Shown here piece after piece: positions 8,526 through 17,935 of a stretch of 64,000 nt of DNA. The notes under the pieces were generated by a model that was given only the letters and a program-made list of their open reading frames with translations, ran no database searches and had not been told where the DNA came from. Each line of letters opens with the position of its first letter. Position 1 is the first letter of the stretch. The stretch is taken from assembly GCA_965248365.1 (NCBI GenBank), contig CBDFJA010000004.1, forward strand, positions 662,187 through 726,186, written 5' to 3'. Both the position numbers and the translations under genes were made by a program. This DNA comes from Bryobacterales bacterium (GTDB taxonomy: Bacteria; Acidobacteriota; Terriglobia; Bryobacterales; UBA6623).

Positions 8526-9545
8526 CTCTACGCAAACAGTAAACTCCTATTCTAGGGAAACGCGGCCTTGGACTTGTCGCCATTGGCAAGTTTTTGACTC
8601 CACAAAAATGTCCGGGAGCACCCTGCCGCGCCCGGACGATGGCGTGGCAGCCCACTTGGGGGAACATCGACCAGAGAATCGGCGCCACGCTCTTGGATCG
8701 TAATCGTGGGCCTTATCCTAGGGAAAACCGGGATTTTCCAGTTTATTAGGACTTGCTTTCAGCCATTATTACCTGTACCATACGGACCGGAGACGAGTTG
8801 GGACTTCCGAGATTTAGAAGCTGAGCCACTGACTTGGGAAGCCAAAAATGGCCGTTGGTCCAAAACTTGGGAAAGAAACGCCGAAATTTCGGCCGCCGGA
8901 AGAGATTTTAATCGGGAAGAAATCACTGGCCGAGATACTGAAGGCTCACGAGCAGTGGCTCGATACGGGCGGCAACTACGGCGAGCAAGCCGTTCTGGGA
9001 GAGGTTGATCTCAGCTGGGCCGACCTTTCCGGGGTCAATCTTCAGGGGGCTGTCCTCGACCGAACTGAACTTCGCAGAGCGAATCTCGAGAACGCCAAGC
9101 TTTGTAGGGCGCAGCTCAAGGGCGCCGACTTCGAGGGGGCCAACCTCCAAGATGCCAACCTGAATGAGGCCAACCTCCAAGGGGCTAGCCTCCCCGGAGC
9201 CAACCTTCAGAACGCGCACCTCAAGAAAGCCATACTTTGGGGTGCCAATTTGCGGAGAGCGCACGTCGATTTAGCCGACCTGCCGCATGCCATTCTCAAT
9301 GAGGCCGACCTCCGCGAAGCCAGCCTTCAGGGTGCTGATCTTGAGGGGGCCGATGTATGTGGCGCTCAGCTGCAAAAAGCCAACTTCCTCAAGACCAGGT
9401 TGCTCGCGGCGAACTTGGAGGGTGCCGATCTCACCGGGGCAAAGAGTCTCTTGTCAGGGCAACTGGGCGGCACAAGCTTGGCTGGAGCAAGATTGCTGGA
9501 GGATGTCACTAGGTTTGAAACACTGCGGGTCGTCGAGGAAACTTC

Positions 9546-10646
9546 TATTGAATTTCGCATAATATCGAGTTAGTCAAGGCCAAGAGAAGACTGCTTCCAG
9601 AAGGCCGTAATCAAGCGCGGTTTGCGGCGCATGCGACGCAGGGATTTGCGGGCACGCTCGTCCAGCTCCCAGTAGTCCTTCGGACAGACGTTCGGCAACT
9701 CGTGCTGCTTCCAGTAAGCCCAAATGTATTCCACCGGGTTCAGCTCCGGTGCATAGGGCGGCAAGCACTCCGTGGCGATGTGGCCTTCGGAGAGCTCGAT
9801 GAACTCCCGCACCAGGCGGCTGCGGTGCGCCGGCAGGCGGTCCCAGACGATCAGCAGCGGGCCGTCGATGTGGCGGACCAAAGCCTTCAGGAAGTCGATG
9901 ACCTCCAGCTCGCCGATGGCGCCGGGATAGAGCCGGAAGTAGAAGTTGCGCAAGGTCAGCCCGGCGGAAACGGAAAGTTTCTGCCAGTTGAAGTTGAACT
10001 CCAGCACAGGTGTCTCGCCGCGGGGCGCCCAGGTGCGGCAACGATGGGGCTTCTGACTCAGTCCGCTTTCGTCGATGAAGACGATCGTGCGGCCTTGTTT
10101 TTGGGCTTTTTTTTAGTGGCCGGCCAAGTCTTGCGCCGCCAGTTGCGGATGGCTTCTTCGTTGCGCTCGCGGGCCTTGCCGACAGGCCGTTGCGGGCTCC
10201 AGTGGAGCGCCCGCAGGATCTTCCAAACATGACCTTCGTGATAGCGCACGCCGAACTCGTCGGCGATCAGACGAGCGACTCGCGGACAAGTCCACAGCGG
10301 CGTCGAGAAGCCTTGCGCTTCGGGGCCCCGCAGCAGCATTGCCTCCAGACGTTCCCGTTGCGTGGCGTCTAACAGCGGCTTGCGGCCAGCGCGCCCGGCC
10401 CGGCGGAGTCCGGCGGCACCGTGCGCGCCATGCTCGCTAACCCAACGGCTCACGCTTTGCTGCGCCGCCTTCACGCGCCGTGCTGCCTCGGACTGACTCA
10501 AACCTTCGTCGACGACCAGCCGCACGGCCTCCAGCCGTCGCTTTTCCAGAGCATCAAAATCGCGCCTTACGCCTCTTGGGTTCCCCATGTCTATTAAGAC
10601 GAGCAGACCCCCCAAAAGATTACTCTATATTATGCGGGAGTCAATA
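9546..10646 (-). mobile_element. IS630-family insertion sequence (about 1.1 kb) with TA target duplication
   Basis: Terminal inverted repeats TATTGAATTTCGCATAATATCGAG / CTCTATATTATGCGGGAGTCAATA match at 20 of 24 positions. TA is present at both junctions, and the host ORF is restored when the IS plus one TA are removed. Confidence 0.9.
9570..10615 (-). CDS. IS630-family transposase, two frames joined by a -1 frameshift at A_AAA_AAG
   Basis: orfA (10058-10615) has an HTH N-terminus. The downstream frame continues KKAQKQGRTIVFIDESG ... DRLPAHRS ... PPYAPELNPVEYIW (DDE_3-like). The slippery run A8-G lies at 10106-10114 on the minus strand. Confidence 0.85.
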
Positions 10647-11021
10647 AGAATGCTCGCAAGGTGTTCGTGGCGATCCTTGTAGGATGCCTCTATTGCTTAC
10701 TCACGATCGGAGTGACAACGGACGTCGACCTTCTGATGGGCAAGGAATCGGCGCCCCTTCCGTTCGTTGACAGGAGTATTCCGATCGTCGGGTTTTTCTT
10801 CGTAGCACCTCTGCTGCTGCTAGTTTTCTACCTCTACTTTCATTTCTACATGCAAAATTTATGGGCGATCCTGGCCACTCTACCGGCTGTATTCCCTGAT
10901 GGTATCCCTCTCCACGAGAAGGCCTACCCTTGGCTTCTCAACGATCGAGTACGGTCTCATTTCGCGAGACTGGCGGAAAGCGTACACTCTCTGTCTCGAT
11001 GGAGGGAGTTGATTTCTGTTT

Positions 11022-11295
11022 GTGGGGTATCCATTTGACTCAGGTAGCCACAAGATGTTGTGGTCGCGCGAAAGCATCTACCAAGAAGCGAATCCCGAGG
11101 TTACTGCTCTGGCGCGGCGTGGGGCTGCGTAACGCGTCCGATTCTCGGAGTTGCCGCCCGAAGGCTGCCACCGCAATGAATTCGCGTGTGGGTCGGCTTG
11201 GCGGCCACTCGCACGATCCTCGCAATCTCACATTCCTGTCCGGAGCCACGAGGCCACAACCCATAGGGTGTACCTGAATGAAGTGGATACCCCAC
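11022..11295. mobile_element. Novel 274-bp MITE with 25-bp terminal inverted repeats and an 8-bp duplication
   Basis: GTGGGGTATCCATTTGACTCAGGTA (11022-11046) versus TACCTGAATGAAGTGGATACCCCAC (11271-11295). Flanked by TTCTGTTT at 11014-11021 and 11296-11303. No ORF. Confidence 0.8.
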
Positions 11296-11386
11296 TTCTG
11301 TTTTTTTGGGGTGGTGGATCGTTCCTTTGATTCTGCTTCTCATCTGGGGCCGATATCTACGGTGCCAAGAGTGGGGTCTCACGACT

Positions 11387-11613
11387 GTAGCGCGATACAC
11401 ATTTCTGAAACTCTTTGCTCGGTAGGTGCTCGATCAGTTGGGAGAAAACCGTACGGCCAAGGTTCATCCCTCATTGTGCCGCGTCCGGATGCTCCGTTCA
11501 GGCGACCATTTGCGGCCTCGGGATTTCAAATCGTTCCCGGGCAAAACAGGCCATAAGACATTGAGCGGTCGAGACTTACCGTCCGATGGCGCGACTTTCC
11601 CCGGACAGCACTG
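11387..11613 (-). mobile_element. Remnant (227 bp, IRL end plus the first 27 codons) of the 1329-bp IS
   Basis: Identical to the IRL-proximal part of copies B and C, ending ...CCGGACAGCACTG at 11613. The rest of the IS is absent. Confidence 0.9.
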
Positions 11614-11665
11614 ACAAGTACTATTGCACGTTCACTCGATTATCTTCCAAGGAGGCAAACCAGGC

Positions 11666-11989
11666 ATGGGCAATCTGATTCTTACTCTTCTGGCACAAGG
11701 GGCATTGTTAGCCTCCATCACGCTCACGGCCACCGGCCATCGATCGGACGTCGGCCGGCGGCAGATGGCCGAGCAGCAAACGAAAGGGGCAACGCTAATT
11801 TGGGAAAACCCCGGATCTCCAATTCCAGTTCAACAGAGTGACCGGGGATGTTGTGTTCTAAGGTGTTCAGCCAGCCAACCGAGGCGGTTTTATACCACGA
11901 GGAGGAATTGCACCGAGGCAGCGGGGAGACCCGGGTGCTCGTCCTCGTTCCACAAGGATCGGCGCTGTGGGGACGTTCGAAGCGACTGA
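11666..11989 (+). CDS. Small hypothetical protein with signal-peptide-like N-terminus (doubtful)
   Basis: AGGAGG lies 10 nt upstream of the ATG. The N-terminus MGNLILTLLAQGALLASITLTATG looks like a signal peptide. The C-terminal half is Arg/Cys-rich and uses rare codons, so a frameshift or non-coding status is possible. Confidence 0.25.
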   Translation: MGNLILTLLAQGALLASITLTATGHRSDVGRRQMAEQQTKGATLIWENPGSPIPVQQSDRGCCVLRCSASQPRRFYTTRRNCTEAAGRPGCSSSFHKDRRCGDVRSD

Positions 11990-12100
11990 GTGAATGAAAG
12001 GTGACGGCGTAAAACTCTCACTACCTGAAGCACTCGGCTTCTGCTGCACGCCCGATACGGCGAACGGAACAGCAGGTGGGTCACATCCCAGGCGCTCGAG

Positions 12101-13789
12101 TCACCCTCCCTTCCTGCCCCGCCATCCTGGCCCGCGGACGAAGCGGCCCGGCTTCGCCCCCGTATGCTCACCGTTCTTGATCACTTGCACGCCGTTGACG
12201 AAAACATGCAGAACCCCGGTGGCATACTGGTGCGGCTCTTCGAAAGTGGCGTGGTCTTGAATCGTGTTTGGGTCAAAAACGACAACGTCGGCGTAGTAGC
12301 CTTGCTGGAGCATCCCGCGCCGGTCGAGCTTGAGGTTTTGAGCCGGCAGCGACGTCAGCTTGCGAATCGCTTCCTCTAACGGAATGACCTTCTCATCCCG
12401 AACGTATTTTCCCAGCAGCCGCGCGAAACTGCCGTAGGCCCGCGGGTGGACGCTGCTGTTCAGGAATACGCCTTCGGCGGCCGGCGACGGCGAGTCGGAG
12501 CAGAAACTGACCCACGGCAGGGCGATCTTTTTCTTGACGTTTTCCTCCGACATCATGGAATAGACCGTGTCGATGCGGAACTCGTCTTCGACGATCAAGT
12601 CCATGGCGGTTTCCGCCGGCGATTTCCCCCGCGTCTCGGCGACCTCGGCCAGCGTTTTTCCGGTGAAACGCTTCAGCTTGTCGCTCTTGAAGCCCACCAG
12701 CAACATGTTGTCCGGGGATCCCACAATCAGGTACATGTTTTCCCATTCGTCGCTCGGCTCGACCATCTCACGGGCGATTCGCCGGCGTGTGGCGGGGTCC
12801 TTCATCCGCTGGAGGGAAGCCTCGAATCCTCCCTCCTGCACCCATGGCGGGATGATCGCGTTCAGCCCCGTCGAACCGGCCGTGTAGGTGTACATGTCCG
12901 CGGTGACGGCCAGACCTTCCGCCCTTGCGCGTTTGATCTTCTCAATCGCCTGATCGAGCTTCGGCCAGTTCTCTGCGCCAATCGCTTTTAGGTGATAGAC
13001 TTCGGCGCGAATTTCGGCCTCCCGGGCGATCGTGATCAGCTCGTCCAGAGCTTCGAGGAGCTGCGCGCCTTCACTGCGCAGGTGGGAGACGTAGATGCCG
13101 TCGTACTCGGCCGCGGCCTTGGCCAGCGCGATCAGCTCGTCGGTTTCCGCAAAAACGCCCGGCGGATAGATCAGCGACGACGCCACGCCCAGCGCGCCCT
13201 CCTCCATCGCATTGCGCACCAATGCACGCATTTGCTCCAATTCCTCGGCTGTCGGCTCGCGATTCTCGTGGCCGATGACGTAGACGCGGGGACTCGCGGC
13301 TCCTATAAATGAGGCCACATTGGGCGAAACACCGCGCTTCTCGAGATAAGCGAGATACTCGCCGAGGGTTGTCCATTCGACGTCATATCTGATGTCTGCC
13401 TGCGCCGCGACCATCTCCTTCTTCATGGCCTCGTTGAGCGGTCCCATCGAGCGGCCTTCGCCCAGTACTTCGAGAGTCACCCCCTGGCGAACGTCGCTCT
13501 GCGCGCGGCCGTCGGCGATGAGGGTTTCGTTCGCCCAGCACATCATGTTGATGAAGCCGGGGGCGACGGCGAGTCCCCCGACATCGATCTCCGCTTTGCC
13601 GCGCACCTCGCCCAGATCTCCCACGGCGATGATTCTGTCGTCCTGGATCGCCAGATCAGCCACAACCGGTGAGGAGCCGCTGCCGTCGTAGATGGTTCCG
13701 TTGCGCAGAATCAGGTCGTAATCGGGTTTCGGGGCACAGGCGGACATAAGCATCAGGCCGATCGGCAAAAGGATTCTCGCTTTCCGCAT
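12101..13789 (-). CDS. N-acyl-D-amino-acid deacylase (D-aminoacylase) family amidohydrolase
   Basis: Lipoprotein-like start MRKARILLPIGLMLMSACAP, then a D-aminoacylase-like N-terminus (DLILRNGTIYDGSG), with FINMMCWAN further downstream. The long ORF start at 13858 overlaps the upstream gene. Confidence 0.75.
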   Translation of the reverse strand: MRKARILLPIGLMLMSACAPKPDYDLILRNGTIYDGSGSSPVVADLAIQDDRIIAVGDLGEVRGKAEIDVGGLAVAPGFINMMCWANETLIADGRAQSDVRQGVTLEVLGEGRSMGPLNEAMKKEMVAAQADIRYDVEWTTLGEYLAYLEKRGVSPNVASFIGAASPRVYVIGHENREPTAEELEQMRALVRNAMEEGALGVASSLIYPPGVFAETDELIALAKAAAEYDGIYVSHLRSEGAQLLEALDELITIAREAEIRAEVYHLKAIGAENWPKLDQAIEKIKRARAEGLAVTADMYTYTAGSTGLNAIIPPWVQEGGFEASLQRMKDPATRRRIAREMVEPSDEWENMYLIVGSPDNMLLVGFKSDKLKRFTGKTLAEVAETRGKSPAETAMDLIVEDEFRIDTVYSMMSEENVKKKIALPWVSFCSDSPSPAAEGVFLNSSVHPRAYGSFARLLGKYVRDEKVIPLEEAIRKLTSLPAQNLKLDRRGMLQQGYYADVVVFDPNTIQDHATFEEPHQYATGVLHVFVNGVQVIKNGEHTGAKPGRFVRGPGWRGRKGG

Positions 13790-13806
13790 GGGGCCTTCGC
13801 CCTCCC

Positions 13807-15240
13807 TCACCACTCCATCGATTTCCCGCGGCTGCTCATCGGACGGACTTCCAGGCACCCCTTTCCCGTCGGCAGGAGCTTGCCGGGATTCAGGCGCCGG
13901 TCGGGGTTGAAGACCACGATCAGCCGTTCCATCAGTTCCAGGCTTTCGGGCGCGAACAGCATCGGCATCAGATCGTTCTTTTCCATGCCGACGCCGTGTT
14001 CGCCGGTGATGGCCCCTCCGACCTTCACGCAGTACTCGAGGATTTCCGCTCCGGCGCGTTTCGTGCGTTCGAGCTCGTCGGGGTTTCGGTCGTCGAACAT
14101 GATGATGGGATGCATGTTGCCGTCGCCGGCGTGAAAAATGTTGCTGATTTTCAGTTTGTATTTGTCGGAGACCTTGTAGATGAAGCGGAGGGTGTCGGCG
14201 ATGCGGGTACGTGGTACAACGCCATCTTGGACGTAGTAGGTCGGGCTGACCCGTCCCACGGCGCCAAAGGCGTTCTTGCGCCCCTTCCAGAGCAGATCAC
14301 GCTCCTCGGCGGAACGCGCGATGCGCACTTCCCGAGCGTTATTCTCCCGGCAAGCGTCGCCGATCTGCGCGACTTGCTCTTCCACGGTCTCTTGAAGACC
14401 CTCTACCTCGATCAGCAGCACGGCGTTGGCGTCCATCGGATAGCCGGCGTGGGTCGCCTCCTCGACCATTCGCAACATAACGCCGTCAAGCATTTCTACG
14501 GCCGCCGGGACGATGGCCCGCGCCGTGATGGCGGCCACCGTGGAAGCAGCGTCTTCGGGCTCGTCGTAGACGGCCAGCAGCGTCTTGACCATTTCGGGCG
14601 ACCGCATGAGCCGCACGATGACCTTGGTGACCAGCACCATGGTTCCTTCCGAGCCAGTCAGCAGACCAGTGAGATCATAGCCCGGACGATCCGCTTCCTT
14701 GCCCCCGGTGGTGATGACCGTGCCGTCGGGCAGGACGGCTTCGACCCCTAAAACGTGGTTCGTCGTGACTCCGTAAGCCAGCGTGTGCGGCCCCCCTGCG
14801 TTTTCGGCGACGTTGCCCCCGATGGTGCACGCTCTTTGGCTGGAAGGGTCGGGAGCGTAGTAATATCCATTCCCCTGGACGGCTACGGAGATGTCCAGGT
14901 TCACGACACCGGGCTGCAAGACGGCGCACTCGTTTTCGAGATCGATTTCGAGGATCTTGTTCATCCGGGCGAAGCCGATCATGATGCCGCCTTGCGTAGG
15001 GATCGTGCCGCCGCTTAGCCCGGTCCCCGCGCCGCGACCTACCAGGGCTAAGTCGAACTGCTTGGCGATCTTAACGATGCCGACGACATCTTCGGTCGTC
15101 GAGGGGAAGACGACGCATTCGGGACGGCCCTTCTCGATGCTCCCGTCGTACTCATAAAGCATCAGGTCCTGGGGCCGCTCGAGCAGGCCGCGGGGGCCGA
15201 CGACGGCGCGCAAAGCCGCCAGCGCTTCGGTAGGGATCAC
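13807..15240 (-). CDS. FAD-linked oxidase (glycolate oxidase GlcD / D-lactate dehydrogenase family)
   Basis: 477 aa. FAD-binding PCMH-type region (VVFPSTTEDVVGIVKIAKQF, GRGAGTGLSGG) and a C-terminal GEHGVG motif. Confidence 0.8.
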   Translation of the reverse strand: MIPTEALAALRAVVGPRGLLERPQDLMLYEYDGSIEKGRPECVVFPSTTEDVVGIVKIAKQFDLALVGRGAGTGLSGGTIPTQGGIMIGFARMNKILEIDLENECAVLQPGVVNLDISVAVQGNGYYYAPDPSSQRACTIGGNVAENAGGPHTLAYGVTTNHVLGVEAVLPDGTVITTGGKEADRPGYDLTGLLTGSEGTMVLVTKVIVRLMRSPEMVKTLLAVYDEPEDAASTVAAITARAIVPAAVEMLDGVMLRMVEEATHAGYPMDANAVLLIEVEGLQETVEEQVAQIGDACRENNAREVRIARSAEERDLLWKGRKNAFGAVGRVSPTYYVQDGVVPRTRIADTLRFIYKVSDKYKLKISNIFHAGDGNMHPIIMFDDRNPDELERTKRAGAEILEYCVKVGGAITGEHGVGMEKNDLMPMLFAPESLELMERLIVVFNPDRRLNPGKLLPTGKGCLEVRPMSSRGKSMEW

Positions 15241-15544
15241 ACCTAAATCATATTACGTATCAGTTGCCGGGACATCTTTCTTGCAGCGCAAGGCTTCCAT
15301 GGGTTGCGTAGCGCAGCGGTTTTGTAGCGCGGGGCTTGGCGGCTGTTTGCCGAGACCCGCGGCCGGTGGACCGGCGCTGGTGGGAGCGCCCGCTAGGTCA
15401 CGCAGAGAACCGGCCATGCGTAGCGCAGCCGTTGTTCGGGCCAGACCCCCGAGCCGTTTCTTGCGCCGTGCGGTCGTGGGTCGTCTTCCGCCGCAATGGA
15501 TCAGCCGGCCGGCTCACAGCGGGCCTCCGTGCGCCCCATCCCGA

Positions 15545-17782
15545 CTACACCCCGATCACCAGGGCCTCGTGCACTTCATCGGTTTGCAGCCGGATCGTAC
15601 GTCCCTTCCGTTTGGCCTTTGTGCCGGCGCCTAGGACCTTGACGCTGCGAATCGGCGCGCGCACTTCGACGCTCGCTTTGTAGAGACGTGGTTCCTGAAC
15701 CGGCCCCAGCGAATGCGGTGAAAGCCCGCGCGTATAGACTCCCCCGGCAACACCCGAGAGGAAGTGGATGATCCAGCGCCGGCCGGCGTCGTCCTTGGTA
15801 ACGACGATCTCGACGGTTGAGGGAGCATCCACGACGACTGGAGGCGCCGGGTTCAGGTAGCGAATGGCGTTGCGGATCAGGAAACGATGCTCGGGCATGC
15901 GATATTCGGCGCCCCAACTCGCGTCCGGTGAAGCCGGTATGTAGACAACCCGCCCTTCGCCGACCTGGTTCACAAGCACCGCCGGTCCCACGGCCTCCTT
16001 GGCCGACATGGCGCGGTGCGGGTCTTCACCCTCCCAACTGCGCTTCGGCGTGCGATGCGGAAGCCATAATTGACCGATTGCCTCGGCCCCGTTCGGCTCG
16101 AACTCGGCCCAGTCACCCCAAGCCAGCATGGACCAGTCCGATGGAATGTCCGTCTGCAAAGCCCTGCCCAGCTCGTCATCGGGAGCGTCGAACCGAAAGT
16201 AGTGGTCCTTGGTTTCCATCCGCCGGACGAACTTTGCGCCGATCAACTCCGCGATCACCGATTCCTTCCTCGGCCTGCCCATCCCGTCATAGAGGCCGGT
16301 GAGGCCGGTGGCGAGCAGGTTGCCGCCCGTCTCGACGTACTCTCGCAGCAGGCCGGCCTGCTTCTCGGTGAGGCAGGCCGCGTTCGGCAAGTAGGCAACC
16401 GGGAACTCGCGCAGCTTTTCGACCGAGAGATTCCCGTCGAAAAGGATCCCGCAAGGTATGTGGCCCTCGACCATGGCGCTGTGCGCCCCGAGAAAAGACT
16501 GGTAGTACTTTTCCGTCGGCATCCGCTCGACCCGCATGATCTTGGCGGGCGTCTCATCCCCTTGGCCGTACCAGTCCCGCGTGCGCTCGGAAAAGTAGAT
16601 ACCCGCCTCCCGCACCGGCCTGTGACCGAAGTACTCGCTCTTCGCTCGCGCCTCGCCGAAGGCTTCGCCCATGCGGCGGTAGGCTTCATGGTCGAGAGTG
16701 CCCTCGTAATCGGCCTTGTCCACGATGGTGCAAAACGCTCCGTGGGCCAGGTAGGTCATGACCTCGGCCTTGATGTCGATCGCCGGCCGCACCGTGTAAT
16801 CGTGATACTCGCGAATCCCCCGCCAGGTCACCCCCTGAGCCAACCCCTCCGGATGGCTGGCGACCATGAAGAGCGTAATCAGGCTCGGCATCGTATAGCC
16901 GAAGGCCCACGGCAGCCCCTCGGCCGTGACGAAGTCGCTCATCGCCGAGTGCGGTATCGGCAGCTCGCCCACCTGCCAGTCAAAGGGCGGATAGCCGTGG
17001 TAGTTGAAGTCGACCGAGATTCGCGGATTCTTGGAGTGGACATAAGCGCGAAGCTCGTTGCAGAACCCCGAGTTCGATGCATACCGGAACTGTAGGAACT
17101 TTTCCCAAAGCTCGTCCCAGGTTCGCTTCCGAGGCATCTCGACGCCGTGCTGTTTTTGAAATAAGTCCCGACAAGTCGGGCACCAGCACCCGTAGGGCTT
17201 GCCAAAGCCGTAGTCGAGCATGTCGAAATGAAACCCGGCAATCTCGTATTCCATCAGCTCATCGGCGACTCGCTTGGAGTGCTCGAGATAGCCGCGGTTG
17301 TAGCAGAGCCGGTTGGGGATGTCCTTTCCGTCGACGTCCTGCATGCGGTACTCGGGGAACTTTCGCCAAGCCGCCGAATCGTATTGGATCTGCTGGTAGA
17401 CGATGATCGGCATCTCGTGCTTGGCCGCTTCGTCGAAGCACTCCCGCAACAGATCGCGGCCTTTGAGATTCGGACACTGACGGGCGATACGGCTGGCGTA
17501 AAACGCAAACTCAAAGTCCTTCATGAACAGGACGGCGTACTGCGCCTTGGCCACCACCAGCTGCTCGATCCACTCCTTGCCGGTAGCTTTTGACATGAAA
17601 ATGTCGTCGCCGTCGTTATTGCCCGTCGGCCCGATCTCGATGCCGACCTTGAGCTTGCGGTACCAGGGGACGAACTCTTCGTCCCGGCTGGCGGCCGCGC
17701 TCGACTGCGCCGCGGCGGGCAGTCCCGCCGCCAGCGACATCATCCCCAGACCGCGTCCGAAATCTCGACGATTCATTCTCAC
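15545..17782 (-). CDS. Tat-exported glycoside-hydrolase-like protein
   Basis: 745 aa. Twin-arginine signal MNRRDFGRGLGMMSLAAGLPAAA, a TIM-barrel-like N-terminal half and a trimerisation/GATase-like middle segment. The exact family was not determined. Confidence 0.5.
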   Translation of the reverse strand: MRMNRRDFGRGLGMMSLAAGLPAAAQSSAAASRDEEFVPWYRKLKVGIEIGPTGNNDGDDIFMSKATGKEWIEQLVVAKAQYAVLFMKDFEFAFYASRIARQCPNLKGRDLLRECFDEAAKHEMPIIVYQQIQYDSAAWRKFPEYRMQDVDGKDIPNRLCYNRGYLEHSKRVADELMEYEIAGFHFDMLDYGFGKPYGCWCPTCRDLFQKQHGVEMPRKRTWDELWEKFLQFRYASNSGFCNELRAYVHSKNPRISVDFNYHGYPPFDWQVGELPIPHSAMSDFVTAEGLPWAFGYTMPSLITLFMVASHPEGLAQGVTWRGIREYHDYTVRPAIDIKAEVMTYLAHGAFCTIVDKADYEGTLDHEAYRRMGEAFGEARAKSEYFGHRPVREAGIYFSERTRDWYGQGDETPAKIMRVERMPTEKYYQSFLGAHSAMVEGHIPCGILFDGNLSVEKLREFPVAYLPNAACLTEKQAGLLREYVETGGNLLATGLTGLYDGMGRPRKESVIAELIGAKFVRRMETKDHYFRFDAPDDELGRALQTDIPSDWSMLAWGDWAEFEPNGAEAIGQLWLPHRTPKRSWEGEDPHRAMSAKEAVGPAVLVNQVGEGRVVYIPASPDASWGAEYRMPEHRFLIRNAIRYLNPAPPVVVDAPSTVEIVVTKDDAGRRWIIHFLSGVAGGVYTRGLSPHSLGPVQEPRLYKASVEVRAPIRSVKVLGAGTKAKRKGRTIRLQTDEVHEALVIGV

Positions 17783-17935
17783 GGTTTTCCCCTATTCATA
17801 AAGATCAGAGCGCATGGACAGACAGCGCCGGACTCCCTCTGGCAGGCCGCCCCGCCACAAACGCTGAAGTCTACCACAGCCGATTCTTCGCCGGCGAAGC
17901 CGTTCGGCCAGGCGCGTCTCGGCACGGTTCACTAT

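Larger units (their letters stand above)
8848..11386 (+). pseudogene. Pentapeptide-repeat protein with C-terminal membrane domain, disrupted three times
   Basis: The N-terminal part holds more than 30 A(D/N)LxG pentapeptide repeats. The reading frame is exactly restored across IS630 (9546-10646) and across the 274-bp MITE (11022-11295 plus one duplication copy). It then ends abruptly in the IS remnant at 11387. Confidence 0.85.

Noticed and set aside
11614-11700. The idea that the sequence right of the IS stub (ACAAGTACTATTGCACG..., readable as KYYCTFTRLSSKEANQAWAI) is the missing C-terminus, with catalytic Tyr, of the integrase truncated at 51130.
   Set aside because: No shared target duplication links the two junctions. 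The reading-frame join is arbitrary, and the putative box lacks the usual Y-x-H context. The same stretch carries the good RBS and ATG (11666) of a possible separate small ORF.
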